Source: an uncultured Gemmatimonadales bacterium
GTDB lineage: Bacteria; Gemmatimonadota; Gemmatimonadetes; Longimicrobiales; Gaopeijiaceae
Direction of reading: 5' to 3'
NCBI GenBank assembly: GCA_963809895.1
Contig: CAWELD010000003.1
Location: 2,208,001-2,272,000, forward strand
Length of the DNA: 64,000 bases
Position numbers and translations under genes: made by a program. A model generated the notes under the pieces. That model was not told the DNA's origin. It ran no database searches and saw nothing but the letters and a program-made list of their open reading frames with translations. Shown one piece after another: positions 28,204-37,499 of this stretch. How positions within the stretch are numbered: the first letter of the stretch is position 1; each line of letters opens with the position of its first letter.

Positions 28204-29694
28204 ATGGTGCGGTGGGCAGATGCAGGGGGTGCGTGGAGTCGGGATACGCGGGCGCGGTGGTGCGTGCGCGAGGCGGCCGTCGAGGACGGCTACGAGGGTG
28301 GGGCCGAAGATGCCGCCGTGGGCGCGCCCGCGGCGCCTCCCGACCCTGTCGATCCGTTCGACGACGCCGACGCCCTGGAGGAGCTGGGCGACGAGATCGC
28401 CACGCTGGCGGCCCACATCCACGCCGCCACCCAGCGCATGCTGGCCCTGATCGCCGACTTCGACCGCCGCCGCGGCTGGGAGCTGGGCGGTCACCGCTCC
28501 TGCGCCCACTGGCTCGCGGCCCGCATCGGCATCGATCTGAGCACGGCCCGCGAGAAGGTGCGCGCAGCCCGGGTCCTGGCCGGGCTGCCTGCGACCCGCG
28601 CCGCCATGGGCCGAGGCGAGCTGTCCTTCTCCCAGGTGCGGGCGCTCACGCGCGTGGCCACGCCCGAAAACGAGACCGATCTACTGGAGCTGGCCCGCGG
28701 GGCCACCACGGCGCAGCTGGAGCGGCTGGTCCGGGGCTGGAAGCGGGGCTCTGGGCGTGACGAGGCCACGTTCGAGGCCTGGCGCTACGAGAACCGCAGG
28801 GTCTCGGTCTTCCCCGACGAGGACGGCATCTACCAGGTGCGGGGTGAGCTGACGCCGGAGCTGGGCGCGCTGCTCATGCGGGCGCTGGACGCGGCCAGCG
28901 ACGCCCTGGTCCGGGAGCACGGGGTGCCGAAGCTCGACACCGACGCCGAGCGCCGGAAGGACGCGGCCCAGCGGCGGGCCGATGCCCTGGGCCTGCTGGC
29001 GGAGCGGGCGCTGGGGGCGGGCTTCGGCGACGAGAACGCGCCGGTGAGCGGCGCCCGGGCCGAGCGCTATCAGGTGGTGCTCCACGTGGAGCCCGAGACG
29101 CTCCGGGCCGACGCCCACGAGTCCGGCCGCTCCGAGCTGGACGACGGCACCCGCGTTTCAGCTGAAACGTCGCGGCGACTGGCGTGCGACGCCGGGCGGG
29201 TCGACATGACCCACGAGCCCGAAACCGGACAGATCCTGAACGTGGGCCGAAAGACCCGCACCATCCCCCCGGCGCTGCGCCGGGCGCTGGAGGCCCGCGA
29301 CCGCGGGTGCCGCTTTCCCGGCTGTGGGCTCCGCTACACCGACGCCCATCACATCGTGCACTGGGCCGACGGCGGCGAGACCTCGCTGGGCAACTGCCTC
29401 CTGCTCTGCTACTTCCATCACCGACTCGTGCACGAGGGCGGCTGGAGCATGGAGTGGACCGGCCCGGGACAGGCCCTCTTCCGGGATCCGCTGGGCGGGA
29501 TCCACTACGACGGCGGCTGGCAGCCGCCGGAGCTGGGCCCGGAGCCCGTCGCCGCCCTCGTGGCCGCCAACCGCCGCCAGGGCGCCGATCCCGACGGCTG
29601 GACCGCCGCCACCCGCTGGACGCGCGAGCGTGACATCCCGCGCCGCGTCCTCTTCAAGGCCACCGAGGCCGCACTCGACGCCCTGGGACCCTGA
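28204..29694 (+). CDS. DUF222 (13E12-repeat-like) HNH endonuclease
   Basis: SCAHWL, GELSFSQVRAL, RRADAL, RRLACD, RDRGCRFPGC, DAHHIVHWADGGETSLGN..LLCYFHHRLVHE; start uncertain. Confidence 0.9.
   Translation: MVRWADAGGAWSRDTRARWCVREAAVEDGYEGGAEDAAVGAPAAPPDPVDPFDDADALEELGDEIATLAAHIHAATQRMLALIADFDRRRGWELGGHRSCAHWLAARIGIDLSTAREKVRAARVLAGLPATRAAMGRGELSFSQVRALTRVATPENETDLLELARGATTAQLERLVRGWKRGSGRDEATFEAWRYENRRVSVFPDEDGIYQVRGELTPELGALLMRALDAASDALVREHGVPKLDTDAERRKDAAQRRADALGLLAERALGAGFGDENAPVSGARAERYQVVLHVEPETLRADAHESGRSELDDGTRVSAETSRRLACDAGRVDMTHEPETGQILNVGRKTRTIPPALRRALEARDRGCRFPGCGLRYTDAHHIVHWADGGETSLGNCLLLCYFHHRLVHEGGWSMEWTGPGQALFRDPLGGIHYDGGWQPPELGPEPVAALVAANRRQGADPDGWTAATRWTRERDIPRRVLFKATEAALDALGP
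29154..29169. repeat. parS-like perfect palindrome inside DUF222-HNH (VSAET codons)
   Basis: CGTTTCAGCTGAAACG. Confidence 0.6.
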
Positions 29695-29699
29695 CTCGG

Positions 29700-30200
29700 C
29701 TACGGCCCCTCGATGAACGAGGCCGGCATCCGCACCGCGACCACACGACCCCGGGCCGTCACCTTGCCCTCGGCCTCCACGGTGATGGCGACCACGACCT
29801 TGCGGTTCCCCTTCTCCTCGCCGGCGTCCGCGACCATGCCGCGGACAATCAGCTCGGGCCCCAGCGGGGTCGGTGCCACGAAATCGACCTGAAGGGATGC
29901 GGTAACGTAGCGTGGAAACTCCGCGCCTGCTGGAGCCGGCTCCTCACCGAGCCGGTAGCCTTGTGCTCGCGCCCCCACCGCGGCCGCAGTCCCGGTGCCG
30001 TGGCAGTCGATGAGTGACGCGATGAGTCCGCCGTACACGTACCCGGGGATCGCTGTGTGATGCGCCGCAGGCGTGAACCGCGCGATGGTCTGGTCGCCGT
30101 CCCAGAAGCTCCGGAGTTGATGACCCTCCGGATTCAGCCGTCCGCAGCCGTAACAGTGTGCGGTGTCGGCTGGATAGAGGTCCTGGAAGGCCTCGCTCAT
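29700..30200 (-). CDS. PaaI-family hotdog thioesterase
   Basis: HCYGCG..N, YGGLIASLIDCHG, VTASLQVDFVAPTP. Confidence 0.88.
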   Translation of the reverse strand: MSEAFQDLYPADTAHCYGCGRLNPEGHQLRSFWDGDQTIARFTPAAHHTAIPGYVYGGLIASLIDCHGTGTAAAVGARAQGYRLGEEPAPAGAEFPRYVTASLQVDFVAPTPLGPELIVRGMVADAGEEKGNRKVVVAITVEAEGKVTARGRVVAVRMPASFIEGP

Positions 30201-30679
30201 CCGCCCGCGGTGTCCGCCGCTGCACCGCTCAACACATCCGGGCGCAGGACGTTGAGCAGGTAGTACGTCACGGCATCGATTTCGCGTGGGGTGATGCCCG
30301 CGACGCCCCACGTGGGCATGCCGGCGACGTGTCCGACGAAGATGTGGTGGCGCACCGAGTCGGGCTGGTCGGCAAGCGGCCAATCGGGCTCTACCAACGA
30401 AGGCGGATCGAGCTCCCGTCTGCGGGCGTACTCGGTCCCTCCGTGGCCCAGAGGACCGTGGCAGGTCCGGCACTGCGTGGAATAGACCACGTTCCCGTCG
30501 ATGGCCTTGAGGGAATCGGAAGCCCACGTGATGGTGTCGAAGTGCAACTGCCCGTAGAGCGAATCCGCCTGCGCGATCTGTGCTTCCCGGTCGGGCGGCT
30601 CGAACTCGTGCTCCTTGCACGAGGCCACCGACACACTCAGAACCAGGAGGCCCACAACCGCAAGGGGCCGCTTGCTCAT
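30197..30679 (-). CDS. Monoheme cytochrome c lipoprotein
   Basis: Lipobox VASC, CRTCHG, distal Met in GMPTWG. Confidence 0.85.
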   Translation of the reverse strand: MSKRPLAVVGLLVLSVSVASCKEHEFEPPDREAQIAQADSLYGQLHFDTITWASDSLKAIDGNVVYSTQCRTCHGPLGHGGTEYARRRELDPPSLVEPDWPLADQPDSVRHHIFVGHVAGMPTWGVAGITPREIDAVTYYLLNVLRPDVLSGAAADTAGG

Positions 30680-31065
30680 GGGCTCGATCCCCCGGCGGAG
30701 TCTGTCGGCGGGCGAATCAGCGACGCGCCCGGCGCCAGGTCCTGGGCTCGCTCCAAGGCGGAGTCCGCGGCCGGGATGTTGCCTAGCGCGTGCTGGGCCA
30801 TGTAGATGCCGAACCACCCGGTAGGCTGATCCGGCGCCATCTCCGTGACCCTCACGTAGTGGCGCAGCGCCGCCTCGTAGGAGTGGTCACTGTAGGCACT
30901 GTTGCCGGAGTCGAGCTGCGCGACTGTGGCGTCGCTCAGCCCGGTCCGGCCCGCAGTCTCGGGATTCACCGAATCGGTCCGCTGATCGTCGGGCCGGCAA
31001 GCGCCGAGGCTACCCACACCCAGCATCGTAAAGGCTACCACGACCAGCTCGAGTCGACGGCTCAC
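30676..31065 (-). CDS. TPR lipoprotein
   Basis: Lipobox LGAC; TPR-like GNSAY..YEAALRHY..PDQPTGWFG. Confidence 0.75.
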   Translation of the reverse strand: MSRRLELVVVAFTMLGVGSLGACRPDDQRTDSVNPETAGRTGLSDATVAQLDSGNSAYSDHSYEAALRHYVRVTEMAPDQPTGWFGIYMAQHALGNIPAADSALERAQDLAPGASLIRPPTDSAGGSSP

Positions 31066-32558
31066 GTGCCCCCCTGGAATCCGATGTGACAGGCGCTGCA
31101 GATCCATGGATTGCGCTGCCGGGCCCGCTCGGGATCGAAGTCCGGCCCGTGCGGGTTCACCTTGAAGGCTCCGGTCTGGCTGTGGCACTGCAGACACTCC
31201 TTCTGCGTATGGCACGACGCGCACTGCTCGAGCCCCTGCCTGGCGGCCTGTCCATGTCGCAGGAGCCACACGGGCTCTGCGTCGTGGTACCCCGAGCCCA
31301 GCCGGCCGCTCGCTCCGAACCCCGCCTCCAGGTGGCACTGGCGACAGAAGGCCTGGGTGTTGTGGCAGTTGGTGCACTCCATGGAGGCGCTTCCCGCCGC
31401 GGCGGCATGGCGCATGGCGAAGTCGGGGGGATGATACCCCGGAGCCCTGGGCGCGTTGTGACACGCCGCACAGTAGCTCTCCGTGTGGCACCCCGAGCAG
31501 GTCGCGGGCTGGGCCGCCGCCACGGTCGGGTGCGCCGCCAGGAAGAACGGGCTCTGGTGCGATCCCGGGAGCCGGTCTCGCAAGCCCACGCCCGGCGCAT
31601 GCACCTGCTGCCGCTCCTGAGGACGTTCCTGGGAACGCTCCTGCCCGCCCGCACGCCCCTCGGGCCGCGGCGGCAGTGAGTTCGCAGGCTCGGGCAGCGG
31701 CGCGATGTGACACGCCGCGCAGTCGTCCCTGGTATGGCAGGTGGAGCACTGCGCCGCCGTGGGCACCGGCCGGCCGTGGGTCTGCTCCCAATCGTCGGCG
31801 CGGTGGCTCGCCGGCCTCGGATAATGCGCAGCCATGGCCGGGAGCGTCCAATCGGCAGGGGCTTCGGGCATGGCCTGGATTGCGTCCAGTGACGGATCCA
31901 CGTGACAGGAGGCGCACTTCTCCTGGGTGTGGCAGGTCGCACAGCGGTTGATCTCCCGCGGCGAGGTCGGCCCGTGCGTCGCCAGGAAGTCCCGGGCCTC
32001 GTGATCGGCGGGCTTGGGGACCGCACCCAGCAGCCCCTCTCCCACCGACGTGGTGGCCACAGCCCGATGGCACATCGTGCAGTTGGTGGCCGCCGTCATG
32101 TGCGACTGGGGATCCCTGCCGTGGCAGGTGAAACACCGGTCCGGCGACAGCGACACCACCGCCATGGTCGGACCACCCTCCGCCACGTGGCACGAAGCGC
32201 ACTGGACATCCCGCCCTTCCCGGGCTGCCCGACTCGCGTGGGCCGGATGGTCGAAGCGCAGGAACGGCACCTGCCGCTCCGGAGGCGTCCAGCTCACGCG
32301 CCTCTGGTCTTCGCCGTTGTGGCAGTTCTGACAGAGGTCCGGGCTCGGCAGAAAGCGAGCCGAGTCACCGGTGGGGATCCCCGTGTGACATCCCGTGCAC
32401 AGGGGGAACAGGCCCTGGTGGCGCTGGTGGGGGAATCCCCTGCGACGGGCCGTCTGCTGCGCACCCGTCTGCTGGGCCGCCACGGGCTCGTGCACCACCG
32501 CGACCGCCGGCAGCGCCAGCGCCAGCATCATGATCAGGCGAGAGACGAGGCGTTTCAT
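31062..32558 (-). CDS. Periplasmic multiheme cytochrome c (16 CxxCH)
   Basis: Signal peptide; 16 CxxCH motifs counted. Confidence 0.92.
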   Translation of the reverse strand: MKRLVSRLIMMLALALPAVAVVHEPVAAQQTGAQQTARRRGFPHQRHQGLFPLCTGCHTGIPTGDSARFLPSPDLCQNCHNGEDQRRVSWTPPERQVPFLRFDHPAHASRAAREGRDVQCASCHVAEGGPTMAVVSLSPDRCFTCHGRDPQSHMTAATNCTMCHRAVATTSVGEGLLGAVPKPADHEARDFLATHGPTSPREINRCATCHTQEKCASCHVDPSLDAIQAMPEAPADWTLPAMAAHYPRPASHRADDWEQTHGRPVPTAAQCSTCHTRDDCAACHIAPLPEPANSLPPRPEGRAGGQERSQERPQERQQVHAPGVGLRDRLPGSHQSPFFLAAHPTVAAAQPATCSGCHTESYCAACHNAPRAPGYHPPDFAMRHAAAAGSASMECTNCHNTQAFCRQCHLEAGFGASGRLGSGYHDAEPVWLLRHGQAARQGLEQCASCHTQKECLQCHSQTGAFKVNPHGPDFDPERARQRNPWICSACHIGFQGGT

Positions 32559-34021
32559 CGTGCCCTCCGGCGGAGGCCCGGGTCCTCACCGAATGCGTAC
32601 CGGAGCCCGAACCAGCTCCGGTTCTGATTCCAGACATCGTCGGGCGCGTCCCGTCCGGCGTCCTGACGGAGGACCAGGAATCCGCCGTTCAGGCTCACCC
32701 GCGGCGACACCTCCCAGGTGCCGTCGAGCCCTCCGCCCACGGCCCGGCCGTCTCCGACCCGGAAGGCCTCGAACTGCTGGAAGCTGGTCCCGGTGAGGCG
32801 CAGGCTGAGCGAGGAGAAGGGCTGGTACCGGACCGCGGCATCCACCGACTGCAGGAAGGCCGAGGCCCCCCAGTCGATCCGGTACGAAGCCTCCAGGCGC
32901 ACGGCATCCGACGCGCCCCAGAATCCCGTGGCCTCGCCCTGCCAGCCGGTGTCCTCCAGCGGTCGGAAGACCGAGGTCGTGGAGGGATCCCCGTAGCTGC
33001 GACGCGCGAAGGCGAGTTGCACGCCGGTGCCCCGGGACAGGCCTGCGCTCACGCGGATGCGGCCCTCGTGATACGGCACCGGGCTGAAGAAGCCCCATAC
33101 GGTCGACAGCTCGAAGTACGGCACGTAGCGCCGCGCCTCCACCTCGGTGAGCAAACGTCCCGACCAGAAGGCCCGCTGCAGCGTCAGGTGAGCCTTGCCC
33201 ACCCGGTCGAAGGGCACGTCGTAGTCCACCGAGCCCCGGACGCGCACCGCCCACGGCAGCACCGAGGCCATGTCGAGCGACGCACGTTCGCCCACCAGCC
33301 CGGATCGGTCGGCGATGATCTCGCGCTGGTAGCGGGCCGCCATGGAGGTGGCGCCGAGGCGGAAGCCCGCCGCGCCGCCCCACAGATACGCCTCCTGATC
33401 GGGCACGAAGTCCTCGATGCCCCGGAGGGCCTCCCGGCGGGTCTCGCTGAGACCCCTGGCCAGGCTACGGCCTCCGTAGGCCTCCACCCACCAGGTCGGC
33501 TCGTCCCAACGCACCGCGCCACCGTCGAAGCCGCTGAAGCCCAGCCCCGACGGCGTCTCCTGCCGTCCGGCCCGCAGCCGCAGGCGGCCCCGTTGAAGCT
33601 GCGCGTAGCCGACCAGGACGTCGAAGCGGTCGTCGGACAGCGGCCAGGTCAGGTCGCCGGAGAGCTGATCGCGCCCCCGGACCAGGCCCGTGAAGCTGAG
33701 ACCCTGCATCCCCAGTCCCCAGGCCGTGAAGCCCACGTCCTGTGATCCGAGCCAGGCGCCCTGCACCGCATCGGGCCGATAGAAGACGCACGGTGAGGTG
33801 GCGTCGCACTGGACGGCCCGGCCGTCCACGCGAAACACACCGTCGGGACCCTGAACGATCTCCTCGGGCTGGGCCGTGTCGGCCATGATGGGCCGCAACT
33901 CGAAATAGCGCACCGTGGTGCTGGCCCATCCACGCACGCCCTGCCCCGCGAGGGAGCCGGCGCATGCGAGGAGGGTTGCGAGGGCCAGGACCGCCGAACG
34001 GACGGGCCGGGCGGACGTCAT
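32555..34021 (-). CDS. Outer-membrane beta-barrel (porin of a porin-cytochrome complex)
   Basis: Signal peptide, aromatic-rich amphipathic strands, RLRAGRQ..FDGG, near-terminal WFGLRYAF; lies between two multiheme genes with ATGA overlaps. Confidence 0.8.
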   Translation of the reverse strand: MTSARPVRSAVLALATLLACAGSLAGQGVRGWASTTVRYFELRPIMADTAQPEEIVQGPDGVFRVDGRAVQCDATSPCVFYRPDAVQGAWLGSQDVGFTAWGLGMQGLSFTGLVRGRDQLSGDLTWPLSDDRFDVLVGYAQLQRGRLRLRAGRQETPSGLGFSGFDGGAVRWDEPTWWVEAYGGRSLARGLSETRREALRGIEDFVPDQEAYLWGGAAGFRLGATSMAARYQREIIADRSGLVGERASLDMASVLPWAVRVRGSVDYDVPFDRVGKAHLTLQRAFWSGRLLTEVEARRYVPYFELSTVWGFFSPVPYHEGRIRVSAGLSRGTGVQLAFARRSYGDPSTTSVFRPLEDTGWQGEATGFWGASDAVRLEASYRIDWGASAFLQSVDAAVRYQPFSSLSLRLTGTSFQQFEAFRVGDGRAVGGGLDGTWEVSPRVSLNGGFLVLRQDAGRDAPDDVWNQNRSWFGLRYAFGEDPGLRRRAR

Positions 34022-35787
34022 GGTTTCGTCCCTCCAGGGACGTCGGGCAGCACGTGGCAGACGACGCACTCCCGCCCTGGCTGGTGATCCTGCTGTGCCT
34101 GGTGGCACACGAGGCAGGCGTTCCGCTGCCGGGGCACGCCCTGGAAGGGCGGAGTGACGTGACACGCGCTGCCGGTACAGCCCACGTGTGCGGTGGCGGT
34201 ATGGGCGGATGCAGGCGGCTGCACGTGGCACGAGGTGCACTGCGCCGTCGCCTGATGGTGATCCTCGTGACAACTGTTGCACGCGGTCTGGTCCACCGGA
34301 CGTTGCAGACCGCTGCCGTGGCAGGTCGAGCACTCCACCCGCTGGTGGTTCCCGTGGTCGAACGGCAGCTCCCGCATGATCGGTTGGGGAGCCACGCTCA
34401 GGTCCATCTCCTTGTCGATGGAGAGCGCCGTGCCGTTGAGCGAGCCCGGCACGTGGCAGTTCTGGCACTGGTTCGAGGTCGGACCCTGGTGGTGGCAGCT
34501 CCGGCAGTCCTGGATGCCCTGGAGCTTGACCGCCCCGTGTCGATCCGACGACGAGTGACATTCGGTACAGGCCACGGTGCGGTGGTCGGCGTGCTGGAAG
34601 ACCACCTGCCTGCGGCCCGGGGTCGCCTGGGCAGGGCTCTCTCGCACGGCGACGTCGCCACTGCTCCGGGCGCCGTGTCGATAGAGTCCCGGAGGGATCG
34701 TCAGGTCCAACGTCGCGAAGCGCACCCCCGGCACCGGATCCGACATGGGAACCGCCGCAGGCACCGCCACCGGCGCCGCCGACGCGGTGCGCCCCGGTGT
34801 CGCCGACGCCGAATCCCCTGCTCCGGGCTCACGCCGCTGGAAGATGTCCTGGTGGCAGGCGAGGCAGTCGTCGCCCTGCACGCGGAAGGTGTGCGCCTTG
34901 TGGCAGGTCGTGCAGTCCTCGACGTCGCGGTGGTTGAGCCCGCGATGGAACGGGCTCAGTGTCTCGACGTTGTCGTGGCACCCGGACTGCGCGCAGGTCT
35001 CCACCGCCTGATGCGGCGTGGTCTGCGTATGGGGGTTGTGGCATGTGGAGCACACCGCCCGGTGCGGCTCGTCAGGCGGGATGTCCACCAATGTTCGCAT
35101 GACGTGACACGACAGGCATTCGTTGCTCGTCGGCGCCAGTACGGCCCGGGCCTGCGTGACGCTGGTCTGCGCCTCCACCGGGGCGTTGAACGAATGACAC
35201 GCCACACAGTGGATTGTGAAATTGCCCATCTTGCCCAGCTGGATCTTGACGTCCGTATGACAGCCGGACTGCGCGCAGGTCTCGTCGGTGGCAGCAAACT
35301 GATGCAGTGACGTGGAGTGGCACTGCACGCACTGGAGTCCCTGAAGCGACGGATCGTCGGATTCCAGGTGGACCCGATGCCCCGCGGTGTTGGCGATCAC
35401 CTCCCACTTCTCGGGATCTCCCTCGATGTGGCAGGACGCGCACTTCTCGTTGGGCACCTCGGCGTGTGTCGCCAGCGAGTCCGGCTGCTCGATGATCTGC
35501 GTGAGCGCCATCTGGCTGCGGGCCGCGAAGGTCGGATGGTGGCACGCCTTGCATCCCAGGCCCCGGTGCGCGCTCTGGGCGAACAGCTGATAGGGCTGCT
35601 GCATGAGGTGGCACGACAGGCAGAAGTCGTTGTCGTGCTGTACCCAGTCGTACGTCTGGTAGGCGTAGTAGCCGCCCGAGCCCACACCTGCCGCCCCCAG
35701 CAGGGCGACCGCGGACAGGACCCAAACAGGTCGCCGGGCGGCCCATCCGCGCATGCGGTGGACCGCCCGGCTTATCAACCCGTTCAC
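34018..35787 (-). CDS. Membrane-anchored multiheme cytochrome c with NapC/NirT-like N-terminus (17 CxxCH + 3 CX4CH)
   Basis: N-terminal TM helix then FCLSCHLM, SAH..LGCKACH, VPNEKCASCH; motifs counted by eye. Confidence 0.9.
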   Translation of the reverse strand: MNGLISRAVHRMRGWAARRPVWVLSAVALLGAAGVGSGGYYAYQTYDWVQHDNDFCLSCHLMQQPYQLFAQSAHRGLGCKACHHPTFAARSQMALTQIIEQPDSLATHAEVPNEKCASCHIEGDPEKWEVIANTAGHRVHLESDDPSLQGLQCVQCHSTSLHQFAATDETCAQSGCHTDVKIQLGKMGNFTIHCVACHSFNAPVEAQTSVTQARAVLAPTSNECLSCHVMRTLVDIPPDEPHRAVCSTCHNPHTQTTPHQAVETCAQSGCHDNVETLSPFHRGLNHRDVEDCTTCHKAHTFRVQGDDCLACHQDIFQRREPGAGDSASATPGRTASAAPVAVPAAVPMSDPVPGVRFATLDLTIPPGLYRHGARSSGDVAVRESPAQATPGRRQVVFQHADHRTVACTECHSSSDRHGAVKLQGIQDCRSCHHQGPTSNQCQNCHVPGSLNGTALSIDKEMDLSVAPQPIMRELPFDHGNHQRVECSTCHGSGLQRPVDQTACNSCHEDHHQATAQCTSCHVQPPASAHTATAHVGCTGSACHVTPPFQGVPRQRNACLVCHQAQQDHQPGRECVVCHVLPDVPGGTKP

Positions 35788-35812
35788 GTGATTACCGTGT
35801 CGTGGCTGTCCG

Positions 35813-37249
35813 TCACTGCGTCGCGCCGACCAACTGGCGCTGGAGGCTCAGGCTGGGCGAGACCGCGGCCAGGCCGTAGTCCGCCTTGACCTGGCGGATG
35901 CTGCCGATGAGCAGCGCTTCCGTCAGGAAGGGGTTGTGGGCGGCAGTACCGCTCATCCGCGCCAGCTCCACGTTGAACTTCGCACCCTCGCCCGTGGTGT
36001 ACCGGTTGTCCGTGGTGCTGAACTCGGACGCGGGCACCTGGTCCACCAGCGCTTCCAGCTCGTCCGCCAGGTCGTTCAGGCGCACGTGAGCTGTGAAGAG
36101 CGCGCTGCGGGCCGCAGCCTCACTGCCGTGGCAGCCAGAGGCGGTGCAGGCACCGAAGGCCTTGTCGGTCTCCTCGCAATTGCCACCGGGCACCGGCACG
36201 CCGTTCTCGTCGAGGCAAGGCGTGGCTTCGAACAGGTGTCCCGCGACGCCCTGGATGAAGACCCCGTCGGCATCCGTGACGTCGAAGGCATTCACGTGAC
36301 AGCCGGCGCACAGCTCGGGGTTGGCCTCGGACCCGTGCGTGGCGATGACGCCGCCCGCCGGGATCTCGAGCATGGGAGGCCACCAGCCGCCCTCACCCAC
36401 CAGCAGGGGACCCTGCGGCGAATGGGGACCACGCGAGGACGTCGGATCCGGCTGTCCACGCTTGTGATGGCACTTCATGCACAGGTTCTCTTCGACGCTC
36501 GCAACGGTGATGGGGAACCGGAGCTGCGCCGTGTTCGGCGACCCGTGCGGATCGTGGCAGACACCGCAGGTGATGGGGAGGTGATCCCCGGCCTCGGCCG
36601 CCTGCTTCTCCAGATACGGATCGTTGATTCCCCAAGCGGCCAACGCGCCCTCGCCCGTGTGGCAGGACTGGCACTCTTCGTTGTCCGCCGCGTGGCTGTT
36701 GACCTCGGCGTGCAGCGACTGGCCCCACTCCTCGACGAACGGGTGGTGGGAGCCCTGGTGGCACTCACCGCAGCCGGTCGTCAGGTCGAGCCCCACCGAC
36801 AACGGCGCCAGCGGCACCGTCTGGGTCGTGGGATTCTCCACGTGGGTCAGGCCCGGACCATGACAGCTCTCACACTGGACGTCGTGATAGCGATCCTCCC
36901 CGGTGGCGTTGTAGCCGGCCGCATCGGTGACCGAGTTACCCAGCTCGTTGACCGTATGGCAGCCCTCGCACACGGCGGAGGCGTGCCCGCTGGCCTGCAG
37001 GCCTTCCCACGCACCGGCGTGCGCCGTGGTGGCCCACTGGGCCTGCGGGCTGACGTGGCAGTTGCCACAGGTCGTCAGCCCCTGATCCACATCGCTGTAC
37101 CCGAGCATTCCCTGGGCCGCCGGGAGAGGATCCGTGAACAGTTCGCGATCACGGAAGACAATCTTCTCATCGGTGCAGGACGTTGCGGCCAGGACGCCCA
37201 GGACCAGCGCGAGGGAGCCGCACGCAGCCCTCATGATTCCTGGTCTCAT
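35813..37249 (-). CDS. Multiheme cytochrome c lipoprotein (8 CxxCH + 1 CX4CH)
   Basis: Lipobox ATSC; VQCESCHGPG, CGVCHDPHGS, C-terminal AAHNP helix bundle. Confidence 0.9.
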   Translation of the reverse strand: MRPGIMRAACGSLALVLGVLAATSCTDEKIVFRDRELFTDPLPAAQGMLGYSDVDQGLTTCGNCHVSPQAQWATTAHAGAWEGLQASGHASAVCEGCHTVNELGNSVTDAAGYNATGEDRYHDVQCESCHGPGLTHVENPTTQTVPLAPLSVGLDLTTGCGECHQGSHHPFVEEWGQSLHAEVNSHAADNEECQSCHTGEGALAAWGINDPYLEKQAAEAGDHLPITCGVCHDPHGSPNTAQLRFPITVASVEENLCMKCHHKRGQPDPTSSRGPHSPQGPLLVGEGGWWPPMLEIPAGGVIATHGSEANPELCAGCHVNAFDVTDADGVFIQGVAGHLFEATPCLDENGVPVPGGNCEETDKAFGACTASGCHGSEAAARSALFTAHVRLNDLADELEALVDQVPASEFSTTDNRYTTGEGAKFNVELARMSGTAAHNPFLTEALLIGSIRQVKADYGLAAVSPSLSLQRQLVGATQ

Positions 37250-37345
37250 CTCTTGTCGCCCCCACCCGGCTTCATCCGGGCCATTCGGGTGACTGTTAGT
37301 TGCTTCGCTAGAACGGGTCAGAGGACCCGTTGGGAGGGTGCTTCT

Positions 37346-37375
37346 AGTATCGCCTCCGTAGATCTACGGATGCAA
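37346..37375 (-). promoter_or_regulatory. Candidate promoter of the cytochrome operon with a perfect 16-bp palindrome in the spacer
   Basis: TTGCAT-N18-GATACT on the minus strand; TCCGTAGATCTACGGA at 37355-37370. Confidence 0.55.
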
Positions 37376-37499
37376 GGGAGGGCGGACCGTTTTGGCGTCG
37401 GGATTCGTAACCGTTCTGTGAAGGGGATTCCCCTACACGACCCCGAATGCCGCATCGCGTTGCGACACACCGGACGGTTGTGGGCTTCGGGCGCACGAC

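Noticed and set aside
31605..31645. Short tandem repeat (QERSQERPQERQQ)
   Set aside because: In-frame low-complexity linker within the cytochrome; no sign of phase variation
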